Assembly: GCF_009914755.1 (NCBI RefSeq)
Contig: NC_060925.1
DNA: 64,000 nt
Direction: 5' to 3' (one strand)
Source of the DNA: the human T2T-CHM13v2.0 reference genome, Homo sapiens
The position numbers were made by a program, and so were the translations under genes. Below the pieces are notes generated by a model that saw only the letters and a program-made list of their open reading frames with translations, was not told the origin of the DNA and did not search any database. Below are positions 26,839 through 41,257 of the stretch, piece by piece; the first letter of the stretch is position 1; each line of letters begins with the position of its first letter.

Positions 26839-29800
26839 AATTTAGAATGTTTAGCATAATAGCTGTTGGCAGAACAAATGAAAAAATAAACTTTTTATTG
26901 CATTTTTGATTGTTTCAATATCCCAAGAAAGAGATAATAGCAAATGAAGGCTTCTGAGAAAAGGAGGCTGACAAATTTACCCTAAATCAAACCATGAATA
27001 GAGCTGGAATTTATGCTCATCTTGAAGTGTAGAACTTGCTACAAAACACCAAGCCTTTTATGTATATGTAGTTACAAAACAAAGCCGTAACTATCAGGTT
27101 CTTCTCATTAAAAGCATGGCAAATTTCCAAATCTCCATTTATTTAAAATTAATGCCTATCTTTTTTCAGCCATATAGTCTTATCCATTCTTTTTCAAATA
27201 GCTGGCAACTTCATTTCCTTCATTTTCTCACCTCACTACTCCAACCCCTCCTTTTTCATTTTGTCAAAAGCCAGACCAAATAGTTAATGCTTCAAGTCTA
27301 CAGGTGGAAATTGTAAAAGGAATTCTGAACAAAGTTGCAATAGGCTATTAGGTATAGTGAAAAAGCATCAGACTGAATCTAAAGCATACACATAATGTTA
27401 ACTTCTAACCTCAAAATAACCAGCTAGGTTCTTAAAAAGGGAAAACACATGGAGTAAATCACCAAATCTCAGGATAATGAAATTTTCAGTCTATTAAAAA
27501 ACACCCCAAGTTCTTAAAATAAAACAAGATAATTTACAAAATCAATTTTATATAGAAAAAAGACTACAGATTTGAGCAAAGATTTGGAGTTCAACAAGCC
27601 TAGATTCAAACCCTAACCCAACCACTACGGGTCTTGGGCAAATTATTTAACCCTTTTGAATACGCATCATCATCTGAAAAAAGGATATTTAAACTCTATC
27701 TCTAATACAGTTATTGCAAAGATTACACAGATAAAACATTGTAATTAGCACAGTATTTGGATGCTAATAAACATTAGTTAACTCCTACTAGATTCCTGCT
27801 CCATTCACTTCTTTAATTTGTGTAACACAGAAAAGACTAATCTGAATTTATACATCTAATATCAGTAGAAACAGAAGCCCTATGACACAAAATTTTCCTT
27901 CTGTTTTTCTCTTTACAATAGGATAGGGGCTGGGATGGTAAATAGCTCAGCTACATGCTACTGAGAACAAAGGTCTGTAAGGAGTGCTAGTAACTGCTGT
28001 CATCAATAGTCCAACCGCCCCCATAACTCGGTACATCCCTCACATCAAGCATATAATAATATCAATACAAACGTGGTAAGTGTTATTACAGGAGAATACA
28101 TGGGGTACTAAGGGAGTCCAGAGTAGAACATTTAGCTCAGCCTGGAGCGAGATCAGGGAAGCCTTCCTGAAGCAGGTAACCACTTGATCTGAGTCAGGCA
28201 TGCCAAAAATGATGAGAAAAATGGGGGAGGAGTGGAGAAGGAAACCCTAGAGAAAAGGAATGGTGTCAATGAAGACACAGGATGTGAAGCACTATGCAGT
28301 ATGTACAGGAAAACTGTGAGCAGAGAACTGCTAGGGTATGCTGCTAGATGCATGAGAAGGAGACTGGGGAAGCAGACAGAGCTGAAGCCATGAAAGGCTT
28401 CATATAACAGAAGAAGGATCTTAGACTTTCTCCTGTTGATGATGGGCAGGGCAAAAACAAGGCTTCTCACTGGGAATCAAAGAATTGGCATGAGTGAAGA
28501 AAACCTGTGATGAATAACAAAAAAAAAACTGAAGGTCACTCTAAATGACAGACAGCAAATCAAAAGAAATAAAACTGCCACATTAAACTTATCCATGATC
28601 TCCACCACCCTTTTTGGAAAATATAAAAACGGAAACATCTTATAAAGACTTCTAGCGAAAAGAGGCATTTATTAAATGTCCTGGGATAAGAAATTTGAAT
28701 AAAAAAATCATTTCACTGGGGAAGTTTTCCCCAAGAGCAGGCCTTCCTAATTAATATCAAAGCAAGAAACCAAGTGTAGTATCGAACAAAAACCAGCAAC
28801 AATATTACAATGTTGTTTAATCTTCACTGGCATCAGAAGCCTCAGTACTACACAGTTACTGTCTCACAGAGCAAGGGAGAGATCAGAATGTGGTCAAGTT
28901 CTTAACAAGTATCTCATCCTGTCCAATACTGTAAGGATCATTAAAAAGAGAAAAAAAACACAAATTTTTCCAGTTACTATATGTCATGTAATTAACTTTA
29001 CAGTAATTTTTTAAGTTGAAAAAATAGCCTCTGAAAAGTCTATCATAGAAAAATGGCAAAAACTAGAAGAGACAATGTCACAAAAAGTACAGAGGGTTAG
29101 AAGTGAAGTTCTAGGATCAAGACACCATGAAGAAATTCTAGGAGAAGTCCCAATTCTAGGAAAACCTGGTGGGAAAGTATTAAAAGGGACAGTTTGGGAA
29201 TTAAAAGCAGAAATGTTTGGCCTCCCCAGTAAGTCCTGTGATTGAGTTTTTAAATGCTTTTCATCTTTTTCTATTCATAGTCTACAGCTCTAAAGAGTAT
29301 TGTAAATAATTAGATGCTACAGATAAGGAAAAGTAATTCAGAGACACTAAAGAATACCAGGTAGTAATGGCTGCACTTCAACATTAAGATTCTTTGTAGG
29401 AGATAGCCCACTACTGGTACTGTAATTTTTTCTTATAATACTAACTTCCTGTTGGGTTTCCACATTAAATTAATTTCTCTCAAAAAGGCCCAGCTCTTAG
29501 TCCCTTAATCAGTTCTTAATTGTCTCTACTTTCAGTAGATAAACAGACATAAAGAGAAATTAGAACCAAATGTCTGCGTAAATCACTCAACCTGCCTAAG
29601 ACTACATGAGAAACTTCCAAGAGGCTGTAAAATTAAGCAAGACTACCCTTCTAATGTTAGAGGCAGAAAAAACTATTTTTGTTCGTGTACAAAAAGGGAT
29701 AGAAGAAAAAAACAAATGTAGGATGCGTATCATAAAAATAATGTCATTAAGAGTACCTGCCTAACACTTTGCCTAGTTATAGAACATGACATTAAGATGG

Positions 29801-30228
29801 GACAGATCTCTGTCCGTGAACAAATAGGCTCTGAACTCTGGTAGCCTGTACAATTTATTTTAGCATTTCAGGAAATTTTTCCTCTTTAATATTTATTAAG
29901 CATCTACTATGTTCCAGGTAATGTCCTGCTTTTCCCAGATAATAAGCTTACAGTAGTGCTCTTCTCTCATATCTGCCACAGCATCTAGCATGGTGCTGGG
30001 TTCAGAGTTGCTGCCCAATAATACCTGTGAAAATATGTCTTTGAGTGAACATAGGAAAATGTATGAGGTTAGTACAATAAGCAATGATCTAGCATGGAGA
30101 TCCTGCTCAGTTCACATACTGGTTCCAGAGCAGGCCTAAGATATTTGTTACTGATATTTTAAAAAAACAGTCTGCCTCTGGTTACCAATCCATATCCCAT
30201 TCTGGTGGATTCTCCACACTGTACATAC

Positions 30229-30351
30229 CTGTCCATTGTGGGGGACAGCGGCAGTTGTAAGTGTTGACCCCATCCACACAAACCCCTCCATTCTGACACC
30301 TGTGGTTAGGGCAGTCATCAATATTCCTCTCACAGGTGCTCCCTTCAAAAC
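30229..30351 (-). CDS. NOTCH2: NOTCH2 exon 5 (123 nt; EGF7)
   Basis: [41 protein letters not shown]. Acceptor CCAG|GT, donor CAG|GTATGT. Confidence 0.98.
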
Positions 30352-32524
30352 CTGGTAAATGAAGAACAAATGAAAATGATGAAATCTCATACAGAAGAAA
30401 CGACCTGCTCTGTTCCCACAGAACATGGTTATTAGAATAGACCCGCTTCATGACTTCAGTTCAACAGCTGCTCACCCAGGACTCACCATATGAAAAATCC
30501 CCAATTCTCTGTCTTCTCTGGCCTCAAGCATAGCTAGACAGTGAAAGTGACTCATTGTGCCAATGGCATGCCTTCATAGTTACCTCACAAGTATTTCAAA
30601 ATGTTTTCATGAAATAAAATCCCAGGGATGATAAATGTCTACTTGGGACAGAGATATTCAAGGGTTCTAAAAAAACAGGGTATTGGATTTTCCCCAGCTC
30701 CATACCAGACTAATGGGAAGAACAGATAAAATATTACCTAATTAAATTTAAGTTCCTTTTATTTTTTTTCTTTGAATGATTGCTAGGCGGCCTCCAAGCC
30801 AGGTGGGGAAGGGAGTGGGGGAGGATATAGGAAAAATATTGAACTTAAAGTATGAAGATATGGATCAAGTCCCAATCTCACCACCTGCAAGCTATTCGTA
30901 CATGGTAAGCTAAAGTTCTGCATCAACTTCCTCACCTGTAAAAAATGAGGCTAATTCCACTTGCCTATCCTGTCTTTCTAATTATAAGTGCCACATCATG
31001 AGTAAAGTGCTATACAAATGTTAAAAGGTATCTGAAAATTGGGTGGCATTATTACTAACTAAGCTTACCAGCACTTCAAATTCATCAGGCTCTTCTCTAA
31101 ACTTACAGCATTGCTTCCTTCCTCTTGACTTTTTCTTTTATGAAAAATGAAACTAGTACACCAAACTTCACTCTAACTGCCCACAGTGTGGTCCTTTGTA
31201 GTTTATATGTTGGGCCTCTTACTTTCTCTTTCCTTGCTACCAAACTCCTGAGCTAATTAAATAGAAGACTACCAGCTTCTATTCTAAACATTCTCCTATT
31301 TGAAATATAGTATGATTACATATTTGGCTTCCTCGAAATATCCCTTAAGGTTCCTCTCTCTCACTCAAAATACTTACTGGGACTTACATTAGGCACTGGT
31401 GATACAGCAGTGAGTCCCTGCTTTTGTGGCATTTACAGCCTTGTGAGTGGGACACACATCAATCACACTTTGCTTTATTCCTTACCATAAGTTACTGTGG
31501 CATTCTACATCTGCTCTGCTACACTGGAACATGGCTGATTTCTCTAAATACAATGGCAGTCATATAAATAAGTATAAACTGAGTGACCAAAAACATTAGC
31601 CAAAAATCACTCCATGGAAGACAGAAATCACTGAAGGCTTTATTGAAGGAAATTATATTTCTCCAAGTATTTGGTACTCAGTCCATTCAAGCAGATGAAT
31701 CACTAAAGAAGCCTGAAAAAGACTATGAAAATTTACTCAAATTTCAAAAATGTATCATATTACTCATATTTCATATTATTCATACAGAAATATGAGTCTT
31801 ACAAATAGACCAATGAGCCAGAAAATGATGAGCCATTGAAGCCCACCCCTACAGAATCTATGGGATCTACTAGGTCCTTGAGTAAGAACTAGGGTCTTTG
31901 CCCCTAGTCTGGTGCTCTTGATGAAGATATTCTTTGGAAAATTTAAAGACATAGTTTTAGATTGTTGGGGAAAATGGGGCCCCTGGCCTACAACTGCTAA
32001 ACTTGAGAGGTCTGGTGGTGTAGTAGAAGGTCAATGATCATCCTCCCCTAACTCGATCTCTCTGATGAGTAAGACTAAATACAGTTGACTAGGGTGTCAG
32101 GGAGGTAGCGAAGCCCTTGTAGCTCAACTATAAGGAATAGAAACTGTGACTCTAACTTTATATTAGCCAATGTTACAACTAACTGAATTCACCAACCACA
32201 GACAAGAAAGCAGAAGCATTTCAGCAGAACCACAACAGAAAAGAAATAAAGTGTTTTCTTTTTATAACTGATTGACTATTGTTGAGGTACTTTTTCCCTG
32301 TCAATAGGTAGATAGGTAGGTAAGAAGGGAGGTAGGTAAGACAGTTATTTCATAGCTAAAAGCATGGCTTCTGGGGCCAAACTGTCTAGGCTCAACTCTC
32401 AGCATTGCCATGCAATAGCTGAGTGAATATGGGCAATATACTTAAACTTTCTTGGGGAATTAACAGGACCCACCTTAAATGGTTATTGTAAAGATTAAAC
32501 GAATTAGATAAAAACAGCACTTAA

Positions 32525-33775
32525 TTCAACAAATGGTCCTGGGACAACTAAATATCCACATGTAAAAGAATCAAGTTAGACTCCCTCCTCGCACATAAAA
32601 ATTAACTCAAAATGGATCGGAGACCTAAAGGTAGGTGGTAAAATTATAAATCACTTAGAAATAGTAAATCTTTGTAATGTGGGATAAGCAAAGTTTTCAC
32701 AAATATGACTGAAAGCACAAGCAACAAAAGAAAAAATAAATTGTATTCCATCAAGTTAAAAACATTTGGGCTGAAAAGTATATCATCAAGAATGTGAAAA
32801 GACAGTATATAGAATGACAGAAAATATCTGCAAATCATATTATCTGATAAGAGACTTGTATTTAGGATATATTTTTTAAAAACTATTACAGTTCAATATT
32901 AAAAAGATAAACCAATTATAAAGTAGGTAAAGGATCTGAACAGACATTCTCCAAAGAAGATACATAATGACTAATAAGTATATGAAAAGATGTTGAAAAT
33001 CATCAACCATCAGGGAAATGTAAATCAAAACCACAATGAGATAAACACTTCACATTACAGACGAATATAATAAAAAAGACAGACAATAACAACTGTTGAT
33101 GAGGATGTGGAGAAACTGGAATTCTCATACACTGCTGGTTGGAATGTAAAATAATGTACCCACTTCAGAACAGTCTGACAGTTCCTGAAAAGGTTAAACA
33201 GCATTACCATCTGACGCAGCAATTCTGCTCCTAGGTATATATCCAAGAAATATGAAGATAAATGTCTACCAAAAAATTATACAAGAATGTTCATAACAGA
33301 ATTATTGATAATACTCAAAAAGTAGAAGCAACTCAAATGTCAATCAACTGATGATGGATAAATAAAATGATAAAATGTGGTAAATCCATATGATAAAATA
33401 TTATTCAGCCATAAAAAGGCACAGAGTACTGATAAATGCTACCACATCAATGAACTTTGAAAACCTCATGCTAAGTGAAAGAAGCTGTCATAAATTACTA
33501 CATGCTGCATGTTTCCATTTGTATGAAATGTCCAGAAGAGGCAAATAAAGACAGAAAGTAGACTAGTAGTTGCCTAGGGCTGGGAGGGAGTTAGGAGGAA
33601 TGGAGAGTAATTGATAATGGGTAAAGGGTTTCTTCTGATGTATAAAAATATTCTAGAATTGACTGTGGTGATGGTTACTCCTATCTACTAAAATTACTGA
33701 ATTGTGTACTTTTTTAAGAAGTAAATTGTATGGTATATAAATTATATCTCAAAGCTATTGTATTAAGGGAAAAAG
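32525..33775 (+). mobile_element. Old L1 (L1MA/L1MB-type) ORF2 end + 3'UTR fossil
   Basis: TTCAACAAATGGTCCTGGGACAAC, CAAAACCACAATGAGATA, GAGGATGTGGAGAAACTGGAA, TCCTAGGTATATATCCAAG, ATGCTAAGTGAAAGAAGC. Confidence 0.85.
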
Positions 33776-34785
33776 CACTAAACACAGTGCCTTACACATA
33801 TTAGCTAATATTATTATTTGTCAGTGGTATTATAGCACTTGTTAGAGATTGTCTACTCTAATCCTTTTATGTTACAGATGAGGAAGTTGAGAGCCACATG
33901 GCTGACTTGACCAAGATTAAACGGCTAGTAAGTAGGAATAAGTACTGAAACAGAAACTTTACCCAATTGCAGTCCATATGTTTTCTGGGATCCCGGAGTT
34001 CCCTTTCAACAATGTAAAATACAAACTTAGGTCAAAAGTTCCCATGTCTGAGAAGACTCAAGCCAAATCAGTTCTCCTCCAAAGTTGACAGGATTTATGC
34101 TTTAAAAATAGAGATACAGAATTCTCTTTGGAAAGATCTACCAAATTCCTGTAAGAAACAGTCTACCCAAAGTAGGGGAAAGGCTATATGAAAAGTTACA
34201 AGGCACTTCTTAAAAATATATCTTAGGTTTTTAGGGAAAGGTAAACAGACAAGTTTCCAGACCCGTGGGTGGAATGGATGTAGCAGATTCACTGAGAGGC
34301 TCACAGTGCCGTACTAAAGGGAGTCTACTGCTTAAAGCCAATTCACATCCTTAAAAGGTCAAATGGAGAGAAATTAAACTTGGGAGAAGCATTTTAAGAC
34401 TGTGCTGTTACAAAACCTCGGGCCACTTAACTGATTAATCATGGCAATGAGGGCAGGGACCAGAAAAGAGTCTTTAGAACCTGTCATCCCCACACAGAAG
34501 AGCAACTTTCAGGGAAACACCCTTATCTTTCCATTTTCAGACCCCGGGAGGTGTGAGGGTGGAAAGGCTAGGTAGAGAAGAGAGCAGAAAGGAGATGAGA
34601 TGACACAACCAGGATTCTCCGAAGCTGGGCTTGAAGTCCTCAAGAAAAACTCCCATGAACAAGGAAGGAAGAGTGAAGAAAAAAACAGGGATACCTGGAA
34701 CTGGACAAAAGTAAAAAGATAGAAGGATACTTTTTTTCCCCCAGAAGAAGTCTGTCACAAAAGCAAACCTGCAAATATACGATCA

Positions 34786-35241
<456 letters not shown>

Positions 35242-37788
35242 TCACTGACCCCTGTGCCACGTATCGCCCACTCCATCACCCGCCCAGGCTCACTGCTTCC
35301 ACCTGCGTCCCTTCATATCTCCCTACTGACCTCCACTTTTTTCTAACTTTGTCACCAAAGAAGTCACAGAAATAAATAGGAGGATTCAAAAAGAATAATT
35401 TCAGTACATTTAAAAAATTGTAGAATATAGGATTCTCATCTATGTTTATCACGTTCAATTCATTCATTTTTCAAATTTTCATTGTGGCACCATTTTATGA
35501 CAGGCACTATGCTGGGGATGCTGGCGACTAGGGTAGGGAGTTAAAATGAGAGTGTCTACTTGGAAAGATGAACAGATAAATAATCACCGTGATAAGTGCT
35601 GTGCTAGAGATATGCAGATGTCAAAAGACCTTAGAAGGTCTACAATCCACTTGGAGGGTAGGGAATATAGAAGGCATTTCAGTGAAATAGGGTGCCTTTG
35701 ACAAATCATTAAGAATGAGTTCTACATTAAAAAGGGGAAGAGAGGGTGATAGCTGAGGAGGCAGCATAGGCAAGAACATCCAGCATGAAAGAACAGTGAG
35801 GGACATCAGGAACATCTTTCAGGAACATCAGGTAAAACAGACTTAGGGCCCAAGTCAAAGGAGCTAAAATAATACACCCTGGAAAGTGGTATGATCATTT
35901 CTGCATCTGCTTCAGAGAAACCTGCCAAAATATGATTAGCATAATACCCAAGAGAACATCACATTCCCCATGTGTGAAAATGCAAGAGGGAATTATTTCT
36001 AATAGTTCATAAGCTCAGCAACAACAGAGTAGACACAAAAGCCACAGAATGTGCTTAGGCTTTACTTTAATGATATAGGGATATCATATATCATCAGCCT
36101 GTGGAGTACAGAGGTAGTTTACAAAGGATAAACCTTCATTGTTTGGAAAGGAAAGATCAGAGAGCTCTTTATGAAGTTTAAACAAAATCAGAGAAATAAA
36201 GAGATGTGGGAAAGAAAGAAAAAAAAGAAAGTACATTGAGGACAGTCCAATCTAACTGTGAACTCATAAGGGACAGCCAGTAAATTCAAAACAGCCTACT
36301 GTTTTTTGATTACTTGTGCTACTCTATTAAAATAGCCACAAACACAAAACTAGTCTACCTCTTTCTCTCCCCATTATTGGCCCTAACCCAAAAATAGTGG
36401 GAGTAAATGATTTAATAATTTATTTTCATGCTCCATTTTGTTCTTAAGTTAAAATTACTGTGGTTGGTGCCCCTCCTTTAGCTTCTGCTAAAGACTTTAC
36501 ATAATGAAAGCTCATGAAGTGTCTGGATTACTAACAGTTACTTATCCAAAAAGATGAGACATGGTTCATTGATTTGATTCAATTAGTTCTCTCTTGAAGA
36601 TATTTTTCTCCTCCCTCTGTGAAGAAACATTTCTTTCTGTGTCATACAAGACGAGTCATTTTTGTAGTTTTAATTCCCTCTTGAGTCCTACAATAATACT
36701 AAAATACTCACAGTGACTACAGTATCCTTTGCAGGGAAAAAATTGTAAATTAACCATTTAAATATAGTCACTAAGTTATGTGGCATTCACTGACTCAGAG
36801 TTGAAAAAGACTCCAAAATTCTTATCCAGTATTAGAGTATACAAGGACAAAAGGAGAGGCCAAACTAAGTCTAGGACGCACAATACAAAGAAGAAAATGA
36901 GAAGACCAAAGTTACAGTCTCAATACTATGACATGATACTAAACCATACAGTCAGTCAGCCAATATATATTTGCGGGCCTAGTATATACTGGGCACTGTT
37001 TGTAGGTGTTTGGGTTACATCAGTAAACAAAAACAAAGATACTAGTTTTCATTCTGGAGAGGGTAAGAGGCAGTAGAATTTGGAAAAGACAGACAATAAA
37101 CAATAGACATAATGAAGTAAATTATATAGTATAAATTATATAGTAAGAAGATAAGAGTTACAGAAAAAGAAAACAAAAAGTAGACCAGGGTTAGTAATTA
37201 AGGGGGTGGGGGACAGTTACAATTTTAAATAGGGTGGTTAGAGTAACCCTCAATTAGAAGTGCCAAGACGTGAAATGCAGTGGAAGCAACCATTTGAAAG
37301 TTGCAGAATACTTTAACAAGCTACTTTGCCTCCTGCTGACTTTGTTTCCCCATTTTTAGAACTGAAATAATAATTCTCATCAAATAAGGGTGCTATTTAC
37401 ATTGAGATAGTGACTATTACTATAAGTAACATTTTAGTCTCTTGACAAGCATGGGAAGCAATGGAATGAAGGGCAATGGAAGGAAGGGCACTGCATTATG
37501 AAAAGGACTTTTTAAAAGAAAACCATCTCTAGGCACTATTTCCCTTTGTGGAAATGAAGTGAATATTTTCTGAACTCCACCTGGGACATACGAACAATGA
37601 GCATGAAATCTTACAAACTGTATAAATAACATTTATTCACAGTGTCACTGCATCATCTATTGTTTTGAATTCTCTTTAAATTTCCTTCTATATATTTATC
37701 CAAAGCTGAAGTCATCTGGTTTAGATTATGGGACCCTGAAAAGCAAGAACTAGTCTATGTAACTACTTTTAAACATCTGCACAATGCC

Positions 37789-37840
<52 letters not shown>
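37789..37840. repeat. (TA)n(CA)~19 microsatellite
   Basis: Directly visible. Confidence 0.96.
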
Positions 37841-39898
37841 TGATATGTAACAAGTACTATTTGATTATAATTAGGAGTGTCTTGGTTTTCTTATAACATG
37901 AACATATATTTTTAACCCAAACAGCTTAAAGCATTTAACGAAAAGTTTTACACACCTACAAAGTGCTTTCAGGAAGCAGATGTGCAGTGCAATGTGGCGC
38001 AGTAAGATGCACAAAGCAAAGGCTTTGAAAATAAACTGCCTCGGTTTCAGGACCCAGCCTAACCACATATTAGCTGTACAACTTTGGGTGAATCACTTAA
38101 CATCTCCAAACTTCAGTTACTTCATGTGGGAAGACTTGAAAAATAATACCTGGTCCCAAGATTTTTGTGTAATTGAGCTAATAAGCATGGAAGTACCTGG
38201 CACAGTTCCTGAGTCACCAAAAAAATGTTAGTTTTCTCTTCATCAAATCTCCCCATTCCCACCCCTCATGCTAATCTCCCCTCCCACATACACACACACC
38301 ATCAGTGAGTAAATAAGTGTCTTGCGTTAAACTACAACCAGAGAATAAGAGACAGCCAAGATTTCCTTACTCTATTTCACTAGCCCTGGCAGCCTCTCAG
38401 CTGCGGAATCCTTGGTTATTTCCTTTCTCAAGGAGGAGATACTATTCTAGTTTGACAGATCCTTTCCTGGACACACTCTCAGAATTCCCTAAGGTTCTTA
38501 TCGTGGCTAATGGATAACAATGCAGAGGCTATGGGAGTGAATAATCACTCTCTCTCAGCTAAAAACTTCCTTTATTGACTTCTCTAACTTCCCGTCAACA
38601 TCTTGCTGCCAAATCAACCTCTTGTTCTAGGCAATTATTAAAAGCAATTTTCTTGAAACTGAAAAACACATTTAGCCTTCAACAATAAATCACACTAACA
38701 TCAATTACTAGCCAATTAGATTACTAGAATATCAGACCCAGAGATATTTGCAATATTGAAATATTTTCAAAATAAAGTTGTTTACATTTCTATTTCTGTC
38801 TTTAACCCTTAAAATGCAAACAAATGCAGGAGTGAAGACAGACGTATTTTAGTTATTTCTTCTACAAGATAAAGTGAATAGTAATATTATGTTAAGAAAA
38901 CACTTATTTAGTATCTAGAATGATAGCATTATCTATTCTTTATTAAAAGAGAAACTAAAAGTAATATAATTAAATAGCTTGTTCTTGTGACTTAAATAAT
39001 ATAAAGTTTTCATTTCAATTATGTGACAATGCTTTGTATAGCTGTATTCCAAATACATAGCATGGTGCCTAGAACATAGCAGGCAGTCAATACATTTTTA
39101 CCAAATGAAATGAATAAATTACCAGTTGATTTTATACTGAGGACCAACCTATGACCTTTAATCTCTCCAAAATAAAACACACAATCCCATTATATGTGAA
39201 CCATATCCACAATACCAGAATCTAAGATTCCCACTCTGAAAGAGTAACTAGAACAACTTCTTTTTGAGGCAATTCTGCTTACTTAGCACATTACTCCCCC
39301 CTACAGTTTTCCTTCTTTTGTTTTTGTACTAAGGATATTTGTATAAAAACAGGATCTTTGTTGCTTAGTAATTCATCTGCTCCAGCTGCTTGTATTCTGT
39401 TCCCAATCAAAATTCTTGGTTTTCAGCCTCCTCATCATTTTTATAAGGAGTTGAATGAATTGGCCAGGCTTGTTCCTTTCTCCCTCTCCATGGAACACCA
39501 GGCCCCAAGCTCCCCGACACTGCTCCTCTTTTTGTTTCTATCTTTGGGTTGTGTGTGCACTCTAGAACACTTGTATCAGTGAAGAGTGTAACAAAGTATT
39601 GTGCCACGCATAGTCTCTCATATATCATCTATCAGCTCATCAAAAAGTGCTCACTGATTAACAGAGGATCCCCTCCTCAGTTTCAGAATTCTCTAGCTTT
39701 AAGTTAGGGGAGGGTTACCCCAAAGTCAGAGAGGGTACATGGGAGAGGGTTGTGAAGGCCAGTAGCCCAGAGAAAATCAAGGGCAGCTGGGTGCATTTAG
39801 GTGGATAAGAAAACAATGAATTACTCCATCAAAAGCAAAAGCACAAGCACATAGGAAAGTTGATCACCTACTGTTAATGTCAATTCAGTTTAAAGCAC

Positions 39899-40011
39899 TT
39901 TATTAACCACACATACATATTTTCCAGTGTCTAATTCTCATCGTGTTCTTTTCCATTCCAGACTTGCCTGTCCCTTTCCCAGAGCTCTGTTCCTCTTATT
40001 TCTCACTGTTT
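39899..40011 (-). other. Cryptic terminal exon in intron 4 (ancestral source of the NOTCH2NL-specific last exon) with downstream AATAAA
   Basis: Acceptor TTGTCCCTTTTGTAG|AA at 40013-40012. Spliced to exon 4 it reads [24 protein letters not shown]. Deleting AATA (40000-39997) gives [25 protein letters not shown], nearly identical to the recalled NOTCH2NL C-terminus. AATAAA at 39904-39899. Confidence 0.88.
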
Positions 40012-40261
40012 CTACAAAAGGGACAATAAACAATTTTCTAGCCACTCATCATCATAAACCCTGACATGCTAAATTATCCCCTGCTCAGTTTATGGACCAC
40101 AGTGGGCCCATAAAACTCCTCCCTCACTAGCAACCCACCCCACACAAAATTCTCACTTCCCTTTTTCCTTGGGCTTCCTAAAAACAGCAATTGAGCCACA
40201 CCCACTACCTCCTGTGCTAGGGGTTTGTCCCCTAATCCTGGGACACTAGGGAGCTCCTTAC

Positions 40262-40597
40262 CTGGAAGGCAGTTGCACTCAAAAGTGAAGTCACCAGTCT
40301 GCCGACAGGTGCCTCCATTGACACAAGGTGAGGGTGCACAGGGCACATACAGGCTGTCACAGTACTGGCCTGTGAAGCCCTGAGGGCACTGGCACTGGTA
40401 GGAACCAGGCAGGTTGAGGCAGGTGCCACCATGCTGGCAGTGTCCTGGAATGTCACACTCATTGACATCAGTCTCACATTTCTGCCCTGTGAAGCCTGTG
40501 AGGCATTTGCAGGAGAACTGGTTGGCCACAGTGGTACAGGTACTTCCATTTGCACAGGGATGAGACAGGCAGGCATCCGTCCATTGGCACTCCTTAC
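40262..40597 (-). CDS. NOTCH2: NOTCH2 exon 4 (336 nt; EGF4-6)
   Basis: [15 protein letters not shown]...FECNCLP. Acceptor TTTAG|GT, donor CAG|GTAAGG; phase 1-1. Confidence 0.98.
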
Positions 40598-40958
40598 CTA
40601 AAGGAAGGATAACAAAACTCAGTACTGGCCACAGAAATAGGAGATGGCCCCATCCTCAATACCTCATTGACATCAGCGAGCTCTTGCGTGGAGAAGACCT
40701 CAACTCTTTGCATTTTACAAAAGGCTAAATCAGAGCCTCCTCAAGGTAATCTGACACAGAGCCCTCTCCAGTAACTCTCCAAGGACCTCAGCAGAGACAC
40801 AAGGACTCAGTGGGTGGAGCACCTGGAGGCAATTGTAGGTTAGTCACATTGAAGCCCAATCCTGCAGGACGCTATCAGCAATAGGAGTCTGGATCCATCT
40901 ACTCTCTCAGAGCTCACTGTCTTTGCATATGCTGCTCCTGTTTGAATATCAACTTCCG

Positions 40959-41257
<299 letters not shown>

